This document shows, piece after piece, positions 22,555 to 31,248 of a stretch of 32,000 bases of DNA; position 1 is the stretch's first letter; each line of letters begins with the position of its first letter. The DNA comes from Candidatus Saccharimonadota bacterium (GTDB taxonomy: Bacteria; Patescibacteriota; Patescibacteriia; 2-12-FULL-60-25). The translations under genes and the position numbers were made by a program. The notes under the pieces were generated by a model. It was not told where the DNA came from. It made no database searches and saw only the letters and a program-made list of their open reading frames with translations. The stretch covers positions 240,001 through 272,000 of the forward strand of contig JALHOH010000001.1 in NCBI GenBank assembly GCA_022843095.1, given 5' to 3'.

Positions 22555-23727
22555 ATGTCTCACACGCGCTGGATCCGCTTCTTGCTGACGCTCCTCCCGG
22601 CGGCCTTGCCGTTGTATGTGGTGCGTTTTTCGGTGGGACCGCTTCCCACGACGGCAGTAGAGGCGTATGTCGTGGTGATCGCTCTCGTCTTCATCGGGAC
22701 GTATCAACGAGCTGCATGGAAACACTTGTGGAATGCGCTGGGTCCCTGGCGTGCGCCGCTTGTTGCGTGGACCGTGGTGACCGGAGTTGCTGCGCTGTAC
22801 GCACCGGATCTATGGAAAGGGATCGGTCTGTGGCGGGCGTTTGTGTTGGAGCCCCTTTTGGTCTTTGGCATGATGCGTGCCGCGCTTGAGGAGCGGGATC
22901 GATCGCATCTCGAGGATGTCGCATGTGCTACGGCGGTTGGAGTCGCGACCTGGGGGGTGATCCAATACCTCACCGGCTGGGGGATTCCGGCGCCATGGAA
23001 TGTGTCGATGGAGGCAGGTCGTCGTGCCACGGGTCCGTTTCCGTATCCAAATGCGCTTGCGTTGTTTGTGGTTCCAATCGCCGCGTATGCCTGGCAACGG
23101 TTGTGGCATGCCGCGTGGATGGATGGTGGGATGAAGCGTTTGGTTCTGATCGTGACGTGGATCATGGGGTGGGTGGCGTGTTTGGTTGCTCAAAGTGATG
23201 GTGGGTTCGTCGCACTCGGAGCCGCTACGGTGTTTGTGATGTTGTGGTATCCGATGGGCCGACGCCTGGTCGTGGTTGGAGGGGTGATCGGATCGCTTGT
23301 CCTAGCGATTGCGCCACCCCTGCGTGAAAAGGTATGGCGTGAGGTCACGTTGCAGGGGTGGTCAGGGACGGTGCGTCGGTATCAATGGCGTGAAACCACG
23401 GACATGCTGCGTGACCATTGGGCGCTTGGCGCGGGGATGGGGGGCTATCCCACGGTGTTTGCGCCGTACCACAAGGCAACGGCGATCGAGATTTTTCAAT
23501 ACCCGCACAACATCTTGCTGAACGTGTGGGTGGAGGCGGGGATTGCCGGGGTGCTTGTGATGACGTGGCTTTTAGGGAAATGGGGACGTGATGCGGGATG
23601 GCGAGGAATGGCGCCGCTCGTGGCTCTGTTGGTGCACGGGTTGGTCGATGTGCCGTTTTTCAAGAATGACCTTGCGATGGCCTGGATGATCCTCCTCCTG
23701 TTGACCACCCGCCCAACCCCACGTTAG
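22555..23727 (+). CDS. O-antigen ligase/polymerase family (Wzy_C-type) integral membrane protein
   Basis: Start chosen at MSHTRWIRFLLTLLPAALPLYVV. About 10 TM helices. An extracytoplasmic loop carries RRATGPFPYPNALA, and the later motif YPHNILLNVWVEAGIAGVLV is typical of the O-antigen ligase family. Confidence 0.7.
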   Translation: MSHTRWIRFLLTLLPAALPLYVVRFSVGPLPTTAVEAYVVVIALVFIGTYQRAAWKHLWNALGPWRAPLVAWTVVTGVAALYAPDLWKGIGLWRAFVLEPLLVFGMMRAALEERDRSHLEDVACATAVGVATWGVIQYLTGWGIPAPWNVSMEAGRRATGPFPYPNALALFVVPIAAYAWQRLWHAAWMDGGMKRLVLIVTWIMGWVACLVAQSDGGFVALGAATVFVMLWYPMGRRLVVVGGVIGSLVLAIAPPLREKVWREVTLQGWSGTVRRYQWRETTDMLRDHWALGAGMGGYPTVFAPYHKATAIEIFQYPHNILLNVWVEAGIAGVLVMTWLLGKWGRDAGWRGMAPLVALLVHGLVDVPFFKNDLAMAWMILLLLTTRPTPR

Positions 23728-23977
23728 CATGCGCAAGCTCGCCTGTTTTTCTTTGAGAAACAGCGACCCTAGAAGTGACGTTCCCCCGGGGGGCCCCGTT
23801 GCTGAGGTCCGCCGATGCAATGGGGTACGCGAGGCTCTTGTCTGGAAGGGGTTAGCGAACGGAGTGAGCGCGAAGGGGAAACCTGGATACAGGTTGCCCC
23901 TCGAAGCGTAGCGGTTGCGCAGACCCAAGTGAGCATCAGATGATGTGAACGAGTGGTCGGCGCAACAACGCGAGCAT

Positions 23978-24068
23978 GGAAAGGTGGCAGAGTGGTCGAA
24001 TGCGCCGGACTCGAAATCCGGTATACCCCAAAAGGGTATCGAGGGTTCAAATCCCTCCCTTTCCGCCA
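23978..24068 (+). tRNA. tRNA-Ser (anticodon CGA), class II with a long variable arm and encoded CCA
   Basis: Acceptor stem GGAAAGG/CCTTTCC. Anticodon stem CCGGA/TCCGG with loop CTCGAAA. Variable arm TATACCC-CAAAA-GGGTATC. T arm GAGGG-TTCAAAT-CCCTC. Discriminator G, then CCA. Confidence 0.9.
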
Positions 24069-24156
24069 AAAACATCCCGCATGTCGCGGGGTGTTTTTGT
24101 AATCCAGCGTTATTCCCAAAATAGGAACAGGTGCGTTATACTTGTTTCAACTCTGT

Positions 24157-24552
24157 ATGCCAAAATCCTCGAAACCGCTCATCCTTGTCGTGGAAGACGA
24201 TCGCTTTTTGATCAAAGCCTTTCAGGCAAAGCTCGCAACAACGTCCTACGAAACTGCAACGGCAAACGATGGTGAAGAAGCGATCGCGTTCTTGAAGCAT
24301 CGCAAACCGGACCTCATGTTGCTTGATATCGTCATGCCAAAAAAGGACGGGTTTGCGGTGTTGGAAGAGATGCAAAAGAATCCGGCTTGGAAAAAAATTC
24401 CCGTCATTATTCTTTCGAACCTCGGACAAGAGTCTGACCGGGAAAAGGGGAAAGCGCTTGGAGCCGTCGATTTTTTGGTGAAAACCGATTTTTCTCTCCA
24501 GCAGATCTTAACGGTTTTGGACAAATACGTTTCTAAAAAGAAGACCGCATGA
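24157..24552 (+). CDS. stand-alone response-regulator receiver domain (CheY-like)
   Basis: ILVVEDD, phospho-acceptor context DLMLLDIVMP, ILSNLG, and DFLVK (conserved Lys). 131 aa with no output domain. Its stop overlaps the pilB ATG (ATGA). Confidence 0.85.
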   Translation: MPKSSKPLILVVEDDRFLIKAFQAKLATTSYETATANDGEEAIAFLKHRKPDLMLLDIVMPKKDGFAVLEEMQKNPAWKKIPVIILSNLGQESDREKGKALGAVDFLVKTDFSLQQILTVLDKYVSKKKTA

Positions 24553-26231
24553 AGGCACTTTCCATTGAACAGCTGGAAAAGCTGTTTGTGGGCGGCGATT
24601 TTTTGAAGCCGACGGAATTTGCGTTGGTGAAAGAGAAGGCGGGCGGAACGGGGATGTCCATCCCGGATGCCGTGGTGGATTTGGGATATCTTTCCGATGC
24701 TCAGGTCGGGCGATTAATCGCGGAAGAGCTCGGGTATCGATTTGTGGATTTATTGAAAACGAAAATCGATCATCCAACGCTGCATTTGTTGCCAGAGGCG
24801 GCCGCCATTTCGCAAAAGACCGTGATTTGGAAGCGGAATGCCGAAGGGGTGTTTGTGGCGACCACGGATCCAGATAATTTGGAGTTTCTGCGGTTGCTTA
24901 AAAAACGCTTTCGAGAACCGGTAATGGTTGCGTTCGCGACGAAGTACGGGATCACGGAAGCGCTCCGGGGGTATCAAAAAGACTGGATTGACCAAATCGT
25001 GGCGCGCTTGGAAAAAATGAAGGTGAATCCGCAGGATGAAGACGTGGTTTCGCTGGTGCAGCTCGTTCTTTCCGCTGCATATGAACAGCGCGCGTCTGAT
25101 ATCCACATCGAGCCGGAGCGGGAAGAGGCGGTGGTGCGATTTCGTATCGACGGTGTCATGCAGGAACGCGTCCGGTATCCCATCGCGTTTCATGAGAAAG
25201 TCGTCTTTCGTATCAAGATTTTGGCGCGATTGCGTACCGACGAACATGCTTCAGCGCAGGACGGTCGGTTTGAGCTGCGTGTGGGGCCAAACCTCCTGAA
25301 CGTCCGTGTCTCTATTTTGCCTATTACACATGGCGAAAACGTCGTGATGCGTTTGTTGTCCGAGCAATTTCAGCGATTGCGCTTGGAAGATTTGGGGATG
25401 CAGGAGGATGATCTAGAGCGGATTAAGCGCGCTGCAGAACTTCCGCATGGAATGATCTTGGCAACTGGTCCGACGGGTTCTGGGAAAACCACAACGCTGT
25501 ATGCCGTCATTCACATTTTGAATCAGCCCGATGTAAACGTGATGACCATTGAGGATCCGGTCGAATACGATATTTCCGGCGTGCGTCAGATTCAGGTGAA
25601 CCCGCGTACAAACCTGACCTATGACGCGGGGCTTAAATCCATCGTGCGCCAAGACCCGGATGTCATCATGGTTGGAGAAATTCGTGATGCCGAAACCGCC
25701 GGGATCGCCGTGAACGCCGCATTGACGGGGCACCTCATGCTCTCGACGCTGCACTCGAATGATGCGCCGACGGCGTTTCCACGTTTGGCGGAAATGGGAA
25801 TTGAGCCGTTTTTGGTCGCGTCTTCGGTGAACGTCATTGTTGGGCAACGTCTGGTGCGACGCATTTGTTCGGATTGCTTGGGGAGTTATCAGCTCTCGGA
25901 AGAAGAATATGAAGCAGTATCACAAGATTCGGCGCTTCTTGCTCTCATCCGTAAGATTGGCGGAAAAAAAGATCTTGCGCGAACGCAGTTTTATAAAGGA
26001 ATGGGATGCACCGCTTGCGGACATACGGGGTATCGCGGTCGAAGCGGGTTGTTTGAAGTGCTGCAGGTCTCTGAATCTTTGCGTCCGCTGATTGTGAATA
26101 AAGCGACGTCGTTGGATATTCGGTCATTGGCGATCAAAGAGGGGATGCGTACGATGGTCGAAGACGGAGTGGAGAAGGTGTTCAAAGGGGTGACTACCAT
26201 CATGGAGGTGTTGCGTGCGACAAAAGCATAA
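24549..26231 (+). CDS. pilB: type IV pilus assembly ATPase (GspE/PilB family)
   Basis: N-terminal T2SSE_N-like domain. Walker A GPTGSGKTTTLYA. Asp/His boxes (IMVGEIRD, LTGHLMLSTLHSND). Tetracysteine motif CSDC..CTAC. Confidence 0.9.
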   Translation: MKALSIEQLEKLFVGGDFLKPTEFALVKEKAGGTGMSIPDAVVDLGYLSDAQVGRLIAEELGYRFVDLLKTKIDHPTLHLLPEAAAISQKTVIWKRNAEGVFVATTDPDNLEFLRLLKKRFREPVMVAFATKYGITEALRGYQKDWIDQIVARLEKMKVNPQDEDVVSLVQLVLSAAYEQRASDIHIEPEREEAVVRFRIDGVMQERVRYPIAFHEKVVFRIKILARLRTDEHASAQDGRFELRVGPNLLNVRVSILPITHGENVVMRLLSEQFQRLRLEDLGMQEDDLERIKRAAELPHGMILATGPTGSGKTTTLYAVIHILNQPDVNVMTIEDPVEYDISGVRQIQVNPRTNLTYDAGLKSIVRQDPDVIMVGEIRDAETAGIAVNAALTGHLMLSTLHSNDAPTAFPRLAEMGIEPFLVASSVNVIVGQRLVRRICSDCLGSYQLSEEEYEAVSQDSALLALIRKIGGKKDLARTQFYKGMGCTACGHTGYRGRSGLFEVLQVSESLRPLIVNKATSLDIRSLAIKEGMRTMVEDGVEKVFKGVTTIMEVLRATKA

Positions 26232-26252
26232 GGGCGAGCCACCTGTTCGGTG

Positions 26253-26261
26253 TGCTATACT
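26253..26261 (+). promoter_or_regulatory. extended -10 promoter TGcTATACT 6 nt upstream of the pilC ATG
   Basis: TATACT at 26256-26261 and ATG at 26268, with no Shine-Dalgarno sequence. This implies a leaderless start. Confidence 0.5.
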
Positions 26262-26267
26262 GACCGC

Positions 26268-27341
26268 ATGCGCTTTACGCGGTTGTTCTTGCAACGCTTT
26301 TTTCATCGCGAGTTGGTGGAATTTTTTAAGAACCTCGCACTCATGGCGGAATCGGGCATTCCGTTGAATGAATCGCTCCATGTCCTCGAAGAACAGGCGC
26401 GTTCCTCTGTATTTCGGAATTTTTTACACGATGTCCGTCGGCAGGTCGAAGAAGGAAGTCCGCTTTCGAAGGCGATGTTGCTGTATCGCGAAGACATCGG
26501 CGACTTGGCGCTCAATGTTATTCGTGCGGGTGAGGTGAACGGGACGCTGGAGCAAAACTTTCGGTATCTCGCCGATATTTTGCAGCGACGTCGTGAGCTC
26601 AAGGAAAAAATTAATGGAGCGTTGCTGTATCCCGAAATCGTTCTTGGACTCGTGTTTTTGCTAGGAGGTGCCATCTCCATCTTCATTCTTCCAAAACTCA
26701 TCCCCTTGTTTCAGTCGTTGAACGTCGCATTGCCACTTTCGACGCGCATGTTGCTTGGGATTTCTGTGTTTCTCCAAGAAAATGCCGCCTTGGTGTTTGT
26801 GGGGATGATCTCGGTGATCGTGTTGCTGATCGGGTTAGCGCGGTTTCATCCGGTCCGGTATGCCCTTCATACCGTCCAACTTCATCTTCCGTACTTTGGA
26901 CGCTTATCGCAGAACTATCAGCTTGCGTTGTTTGCACAAATCTTTGGAACGTTGTTTCGAAGCGGGTTAACCATTCGTGAAACGCTTACGGTGACAACGG
27001 ATGCGCTCACCAATTTTCGCTATCGCGCCGTGTTGCGGCAGGCGGCAAAGCGATTGGTTGCAGGTATTCCATTGGGCGCAATTTTAAGTAAATTCCCGAA
27101 CTTTTTTCCGCAAAACTTGATCGCGCTCATTTCGGTCGGTGAACAATCCGGGAAACTGGATGAATCGTTCAAGTATTTGGCGACCTATTACGATCACGAA
27201 GTGGATGTCCAAACCAAGCGGTTGCCAACCATGCTCGAACCGATCCTGCTTGTGATCATTGGTGTCGTTGTGTTGTTCGTGTCGTTGGCCATTCTTACCC
27301 CGATTTATGAAATTACGAGCGGGATCAATGCCGGGCGATAA
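26268..27341 (+). CDS. pilC: type IV pilus platform protein (GspF/PilC family)
   Basis: Two GspF-type repeats (..AESGIPLNESLHVLEE.. and ..RSGLTIRETLTVTTDA..) and three TM segments. I preferred ATG 26268 over the track's GTG at 26250 because of the promoter position. Confidence 0.85.
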   Translation: MRFTRLFLQRFFHRELVEFFKNLALMAESGIPLNESLHVLEEQARSSVFRNFLHDVRRQVEEGSPLSKAMLLYREDIGDLALNVIRAGEVNGTLEQNFRYLADILQRRRELKEKINGALLYPEIVLGLVFLLGGAISIFILPKLIPLFQSLNVALPLSTRMLLGISVFLQENAALVFVGMISVIVLLIGLARFHPVRYALHTVQLHLPYFGRLSQNYQLALFAQIFGTLFRSGLTIRETLTVTTDALTNFRYRAVLRQAAKRLVAGIPLGAILSKFPNFFPQNLIALISVGEQSGKLDESFKYLATYYDHEVDVQTKRLPTMLEPILLVIIGVVVLFVSLAILTPIYEITSGINAGR

Positions 27342-27780
27342 GCGCGGGGGGTATACGTTGGTCGAGATGGTAATCGTGATCGTCTTGCTTCTTGCGATCG
27401 GCGCCGTGTCGATTGGGGCATTTGTGCAGTTCTATCAAACGTCGCTTGTGGATGATACAAGCCGAACGCTAAAGGATATGTTGCGTCGCGCACGTGCACA
27501 GGCGATGGCGCAGCGGAATAATGCGGCGTGGGGCGTGCGTGTGGTGACCACGACAGACATGGTTGTGTTGTTTGAGGGGAATTCCTATGCGACGCGCGAT
27601 GTTCCGGAAGATGAGTCGTTTGAACTTCCAGGTGACGTCATAGTATCCAGTACCGTGTACGAAGTGGTGTTTTCGCGGCTGTACGGTACCTCAACGGCGA
27701 GCACGACTTGGCAGATTACAAATGGGGGTGTTTCTGATGCTATTCTCATTAATTCCGCTGGGTTGATTCAGTTGCAATAA
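27328..27780 (+). CDS. minor (pseudo)pilin, GspH/FimT-like
   Basis: Start chosen at MPGDKRGG|YTLVEMVIVIVLLLAIGAV, a class III signal with Glu at +5. It overlaps the pilC end by 14 nt. Confidence 0.8.
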   Translation: MPGDKRGGYTLVEMVIVIVLLLAIGAVSIGAFVQFYQTSLVDDTSRTLKDMLRRARAQAMAQRNNAAWGVRVVTTTDMVVLFEGNSYATRDVPEDESFELPGDVIVSSTVYEVVFSRLYGTSTASTTWQITNGGVSDAILINSAGLIQLQ

Positions 27781-27798
27781 GCGTCGTCATCAAAGATT

Positions 27799-27807
27799 TG
27801 GTATACT
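27799..27807 (+). promoter_or_regulatory. extended -10 promoter TGgTATACT 6 nt upstream of the ATG at 27814
   Basis: TATACT at 27802-27807, with no Shine-Dalgarno sequence. Confidence 0.5.
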
Positions 27808-27813
27808 GACCCT

Positions 27814-29250
27814 ATGACCCTGCGTCGGGGTTCTGGATTGGTTGAAGCCGTGATCGCGATCGCGATTTTTGTGGCATCCATTGGGACGATTGCAGCACTC
27901 GTGATCGGGGCGGGGACCGTTCAACGCCGCGGGGTAGAACGTGAAAAAGCGTTGCTTTTGGCAGAAGAGGGGATCGAGGCCGTGCGCTCGATTCGTGATC
28001 GCAGCTGGGCATCGATGGTGACAGGGACGCGCGGGGTTGTGGTGTCGTCCACGAATATGTGGGAGTTTTTTGGATCAAGCGATGTGACGGATGGATACAC
28101 GCGCACGGTTCAGATCGCTGCGTCGGGGACCACGGCCTATCGTGTGACCTCGACCGTTTCATGGGCATTTTCTGGGGCGGTGAGTGGAACGGTATCGCTT
28201 GCAACCGTCCTTTCTGATTGGCAAACCTCCTATGATCCCGGTGGTGGGGATACAGGATGTAGTCCCGCGAATTGGGCGACCAGTCTTCTTCGTGCGACCG
28301 TGAACCTGTCCGGGACGGATGATGCGCTTTCCGTTGCAGCAACGGGATCGCTAGTGTTTGTTGGGCGCTCCATCGGAACACAGGAACTGACGATTGTTGA
28401 TGTCTCAAGTTCCACGGCGCCGGTCGTGTTGTCGACGCTGGACTTGGCGTCCGATAACGCGAATGCGCTCGCACTTTCGACGACAGGGACTTATCTGTAT
28501 GTAGGGGGTGCTGGGACGGAGGTCGTGGTCGTAAACTATGCGAGCACGACGGCTCCTACTGTCGCTGGGTCGTTGAATCTTTCGGGTACAAACGATGTCC
28601 GTGGTTTGGCGGTGAGTGGGACGCATTTGTATGTCACGCGTGATTTTGTCGCTGCAGATCCGGAATTTGTTGTGGTGAACGTCATAAACCCGAATGCACC
28701 TACCTTGCTTGGAAGCGCTCAAGGAAGCGGTGGATTTTGGGGGGTCGCCGCATCCGACATCCCTTCTCAAGGATATGCGTACACGGGTTCCAGTGAAAAT
28801 GGCGCAGAATTTCGGGTTGCAAACGTGATCAACCCCGCCGCGCCCACGATTGCAGCGTCGTTGAACTTTGGGGGGAACGAAAATATGCGTGATGTGGTGA
28901 CTTCTGGAACGATCGCCTTCGCGTCCTCGTTAAGTCGGTTGACGGCTGGTCAGGGTGAAGTTCAGGTGGTGAATGTAAATATTCCTACAACGCCGGTGAG
29001 TTTGGCGCAGATCGAATACGGGGCAAACGTTAACGCCCTTCATCGCGGAGATGGGGTGATCTTTGCTGCGAGCGCGTCCTCTACCCGTGAGTTTTCAGTG
29101 ATTGACGCTACGAATCCGGCGCTTCCTTCGATTATTTCGGGATTAAATTTGACGACTACAGGAAACAATGTGAAGGGGGTGAATTGTCGCGCCTATGTGG
29201 TAACAAGTGGTAACAGCGATGAACTGTATGTTATTGAACCGGGATCATAA
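27814..29250 (+). CDS. minor pilin fused to a seven-repeat LVIVD-type beta-propeller (478 aa), a candidate pilus-tip adhesin
   Basis: N-terminus MTLRRG|SGLVEAVIAIAIFV is pilin-like, with Glu at +5. From about aa 150 there are seven repeats of the form E(L/V/F)xV(V/I)(D/N)(V/A)xNPxxPxxxxSL: ELTIVDVSSSTAPV, EVVVVNYASTTAPT, EFVVVNVINPNAPT, EFRVANVINPAAPT, EVQVVNVNIPTTPV, EFSVIDATNPALPS, ELYVIEPG. Confidence 0.75.
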   Translation: MTLRRGSGLVEAVIAIAIFVASIGTIAALVIGAGTVQRRGVEREKALLLAEEGIEAVRSIRDRSWASMVTGTRGVVVSSTNMWEFFGSSDVTDGYTRTVQIAASGTTAYRVTSTVSWAFSGAVSGTVSLATVLSDWQTSYDPGGGDTGCSPANWATSLLRATVNLSGTDDALSVAATGSLVFVGRSIGTQELTIVDVSSSTAPVVLSTLDLASDNANALALSTTGTYLYVGGAGTEVVVVNYASTTAPTVAGSLNLSGTNDVRGLAVSGTHLYVTRDFVAADPEFVVVNVINPNAPTLLGSAQGSGGFWGVAASDIPSQGYAYTGSSENGAEFRVANVINPAAPTIAASLNFGGNENMRDVVTSGTIAFASSLSRLTAGQGEVQVVNVNIPTTPVSLAQIEYGANVNALHRGDGVIFAASASSTREFSVIDATNPALPSIISGLNLTTTGNNVKGVNCRAYVVTSGNSDELYVIEPGS

Positions 29251-29758
29251 TCGGAAATCGGTCGCTCTTCCCGGATTTTCATTGGCGGAGTTTATTTTAT
29301 ATTTAGGGATTGCAACCACGGTGATTTTGGTTGCGACGGACGTCGTGTTTCGATTGATGGCAACGAAGAATAAACAGGAGTCTTTGGAAGAGGTCACTCA
29401 AAATGGTCGTCTTGCGTTTGAACGCATCATGCTTTCTATCCGAAATGCGTCCAGTGTGACGATTCCGGCAAAAGGGACAACATCAAGCATTCTAGGGTTA
29501 ACGTGGAACGGCGTATCAACGACGTATAGTCTCTCGGGTGGGATTCTGCTCCTGAAAGAAGGGACGCAGGCGACGACGACGTTGACGACGCCGGATGTCA
29601 CCATTCAGGCGTTGGAGTTTCGCAATGTGTCCGCCACCGGGGCGCCTGCCATCATTCGCGTGCGTATCGGTGTTTCGTCAACGAATCCCTCCGGTGACCC
29701 TGATGTTACGGGGGGACAGGAGTATGTGGGAACGGCGACCGTGCGCTCAAAGCCGTAA
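29228..29758 (+). CDS. minor (pseudo)pilin, PilW/GspJ-like
   Basis: MLLNRDHNRKSVALPG|FSLAEFILYLGIATTVILV has Glu at +5. Alternative starts exist at 29207 and 29219. It overlaps the preceding gene. Confidence 0.7.
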   Translation: MLLNRDHNRKSVALPGFSLAEFILYLGIATTVILVATDVVFRLMATKNKQESLEEVTQNGRLAFERIMLSIRNASSVTIPAKGTTSSILGLTWNGVSTTYSLSGGILLLKEGTQATTTLTTPDVTIQALEFRNVSATGAPAIIRVRIGVSSTNPSGDPDVTGGQEYVGTATVRSKP

Positions 29759-29761
29759 ATG

Positions 29762-29770
29762 CGGTATACT
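29762..29770 (+). promoter_or_regulatory. -10 box cGgTATACT 8 nt upstream of the ATG at 29779
   Basis: TATACT at 29765-29770, with no Shine-Dalgarno sequence. Confidence 0.4.
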
Positions 29771-29778
29771 GTGCCCGG

Positions 29779-30186
29779 ATGCTCGGACGTCGTGCGGAAC
29801 CTGGGTTCGTCGCCCTCATGAGCGTGCTCGTGTTGGTTGCGATTGCGCTCGGTGTTGGGGTGGGGCTCATGTTGCGTGCGATTGGTGAGGGGAGCCTGCA
29901 GCTCACAACAGAGGCGTCGATCCGTGCCCGACAAGCTGCGACGGCGTGCAGTGAAGAGGCGGTCTATCAGTTAAAGTTGGACACGGCGTACGCAGGGAAT
30001 CAGACGCTCACGTTATCGGATGGGACCACCTGTCGCATCGGGGCTATCACAGGGACGGGGAATACGAATCGGACGATCACGACAACCAGTACCGTGACAG
30101 GTGCATCCTCGAAGGTGTTTATAGATATTGCCACGGTGAATCCGTTAACCTCGGTCACTACTTGGCAGGAACGTACCGATTTTTAG
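29779..30186 (+). CDS. minor pilin, PilX/GspK-like (lacks Glu at +5)
   Basis: MLGRRAEPG|FVALMSVLVLVAIALGV has a hydrophobic pilin-type N-terminus without Glu5, as in GspK/PilX-class subunits. 135 aa. Confidence 0.65.
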   Translation: MLGRRAEPGFVALMSVLVLVAIALGVGVGLMLRAIGEGSLQLTTEASIRARQAATACSEEAVYQLKLDTAYAGNQTLTLSDGTTCRIGAITGTGNTNRTITTTSTVTGASSKVFIDIATVNPLTSVTTWQERTDF

Positions 30187-30189
30187 TGT

Positions 30190-31239
30190 ATGGGTTTTAT
30201 CCAGCAACTCTTCGGCGCCCCAAAAGCCTTTGCCATCGAGGTAAAGGCGGAATTGGTGCGCTTGTTGGTGCTGGAAGGCGGAACTGGAAGTTGGCGCGAG
30301 CTATTGTTTGTCGAGCGCGCACTTCCAGAAGGAACGATCGTCAATGGAGAAATTAAGGATGTAGAGGTTCTCGCGAATGAAATACGGGCGGCTGCGCAGG
30401 GGCTTCCCGCGGAGAAGAAATTGCGAAAAATCGTGACCGCCTTACCAGAATCGCATGTGTTCATGGCGCACGTGAGTATTTCGCGCGAGGTAGATAAAGC
30501 CGATGTTGCGGGGGCGGTATTCATGCAGGCAGCAACGAAACTCCCGATAAACCTTGAACAATGCGCGTGGGATTATCAGCCGGTCGGCGACGAGAATGAA
30601 GAAAAGCAGGTGCTGTTTACTGCGGCAGAGACGCCGTACTTGGAGGCGTTAGAGCAAGCCGTTGCGCTCGCTGGGTTTGAGCTTGCCGTCGTCGAGCCGG
30701 AATCGCTTGCGTGGACTCGGGCCTTGATTCACGGCGTCGCGCTTGATGATTCGACGGCGGTGCTGATTTGCGATGTCGGACACCATGGGGCAAATGCGGT
30801 CATCGTGGATAAAGAAGGGATCGAGCGGTCAATTTGGCAGGCAGCTGGTTCGGCGGCGTTGTTGGAGGTGGTAAAAAAGAAGGTCAAAGTCAAAAACGCG
30901 GAAGGCGTCTTGTGGGAAAAGGGGATGCAAGATGATGCGGTGGCGAAGGTGGTCGGAGAATGGATGGATGCGCAGTGGGCAGATCTGGCGGCAGAGGTCA
31001 CACAGTATGAATCAGCAAGCCGACGCGCGGTAAAGGGGATGTGTTTTACCGGGGAAGGATCACGTGTCCCGGGTCTCAAAGAGCGATGGTCAAAGCGATT
31101 GGGGAAGGAGATTTTTACGGATTGCATCCCCCCACTTACTCCCGCCCATCTGACGCCGGAGTCTGCTGCTGTGATCGTCGGACTTGCGATGCGAGCGAAT
31201 AAGTTATCCACAGGACTTAATTTCATTGTCCCGACATAG
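30190..31239 (+). CDS. pilM: type IV pilus assembly protein PilM (actin-like ATPase fold)
   Basis: The N-terminus FAIEVKAELVRLLVLE..GTIVNGEIKDVEVLANEIR and later blocks (VVEPESLA.., LICDVGHHGANAVIV, CFTGEGSRVPGL) fit the PilM/FtsA-like family. Confidence 0.8.
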   Translation: MGFIQQLFGAPKAFAIEVKAELVRLLVLEGGTGSWRELLFVERALPEGTIVNGEIKDVEVLANEIRAAAQGLPAEKKLRKIVTALPESHVFMAHVSISREVDKADVAGAVFMQAATKLPINLEQCAWDYQPVGDENEEKQVLFTAAETPYLEALEQAVALAGFELAVVEPESLAWTRALIHGVALDDSTAVLICDVGHHGANAVIVDKEGIERSIWQAAGSAALLEVVKKKVKVKNAEGVLWEKGMQDDAVAKVVGEWMDAQWADLAAEVTQYESASRRAVKGMCFTGEGSRVPGLKERWSKRLGKEIFTDCIPPLTPAHLTPESAAVIVGLAMRANKLSTGLNFIVPT

Positions 31240-31248
31240 GCAAAAGTG

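Noticed and set aside
23728-23977. Possible RNase P RNA, SRP RNA or tmRNA upstream of tRNA-Ser
   Set aside because: Only short resemblances were found (CCGCCGATG and GTGAGCGCG to RNase P; AGGTCCG to SRP). The universal cores are absent: GAGGAAAGTCC for RNase P P4, the GGAA-tetraloop helix with AGCA for SRP, and a tRNA-like end plus tag ORF for tmRNA. At 250 nt it is also too short for RNase P RNA. I kept it only as an unassigned ncRNA candidate.
16817-24068. Integrative mobile element targeting tRNA-Ser
   Set aside because: I found no integrase, recombinase, transposase or relaxase-like translation in any frame. I also did not spot a direct repeat of the tRNA 3' end. Only the compositional and ORFan observations are retained.
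23572-24119. Minus-strand ORFs of 167 and 116 aa
   Set aside because: They run antisense across tRNA-Ser (the REGFEPS-type peptide is the classic antisense-tRNA artefact) and across the non-coding structured region.
27812-28770. Minus-strand ORFs of 220 aa and 121 aa inside the propeller-pilin gene
   Set aside because: They are antisense to a gene with a clear pilin signal and seven-fold repeat structure. Their translations are Pro/Ser/Arg/His-rich.
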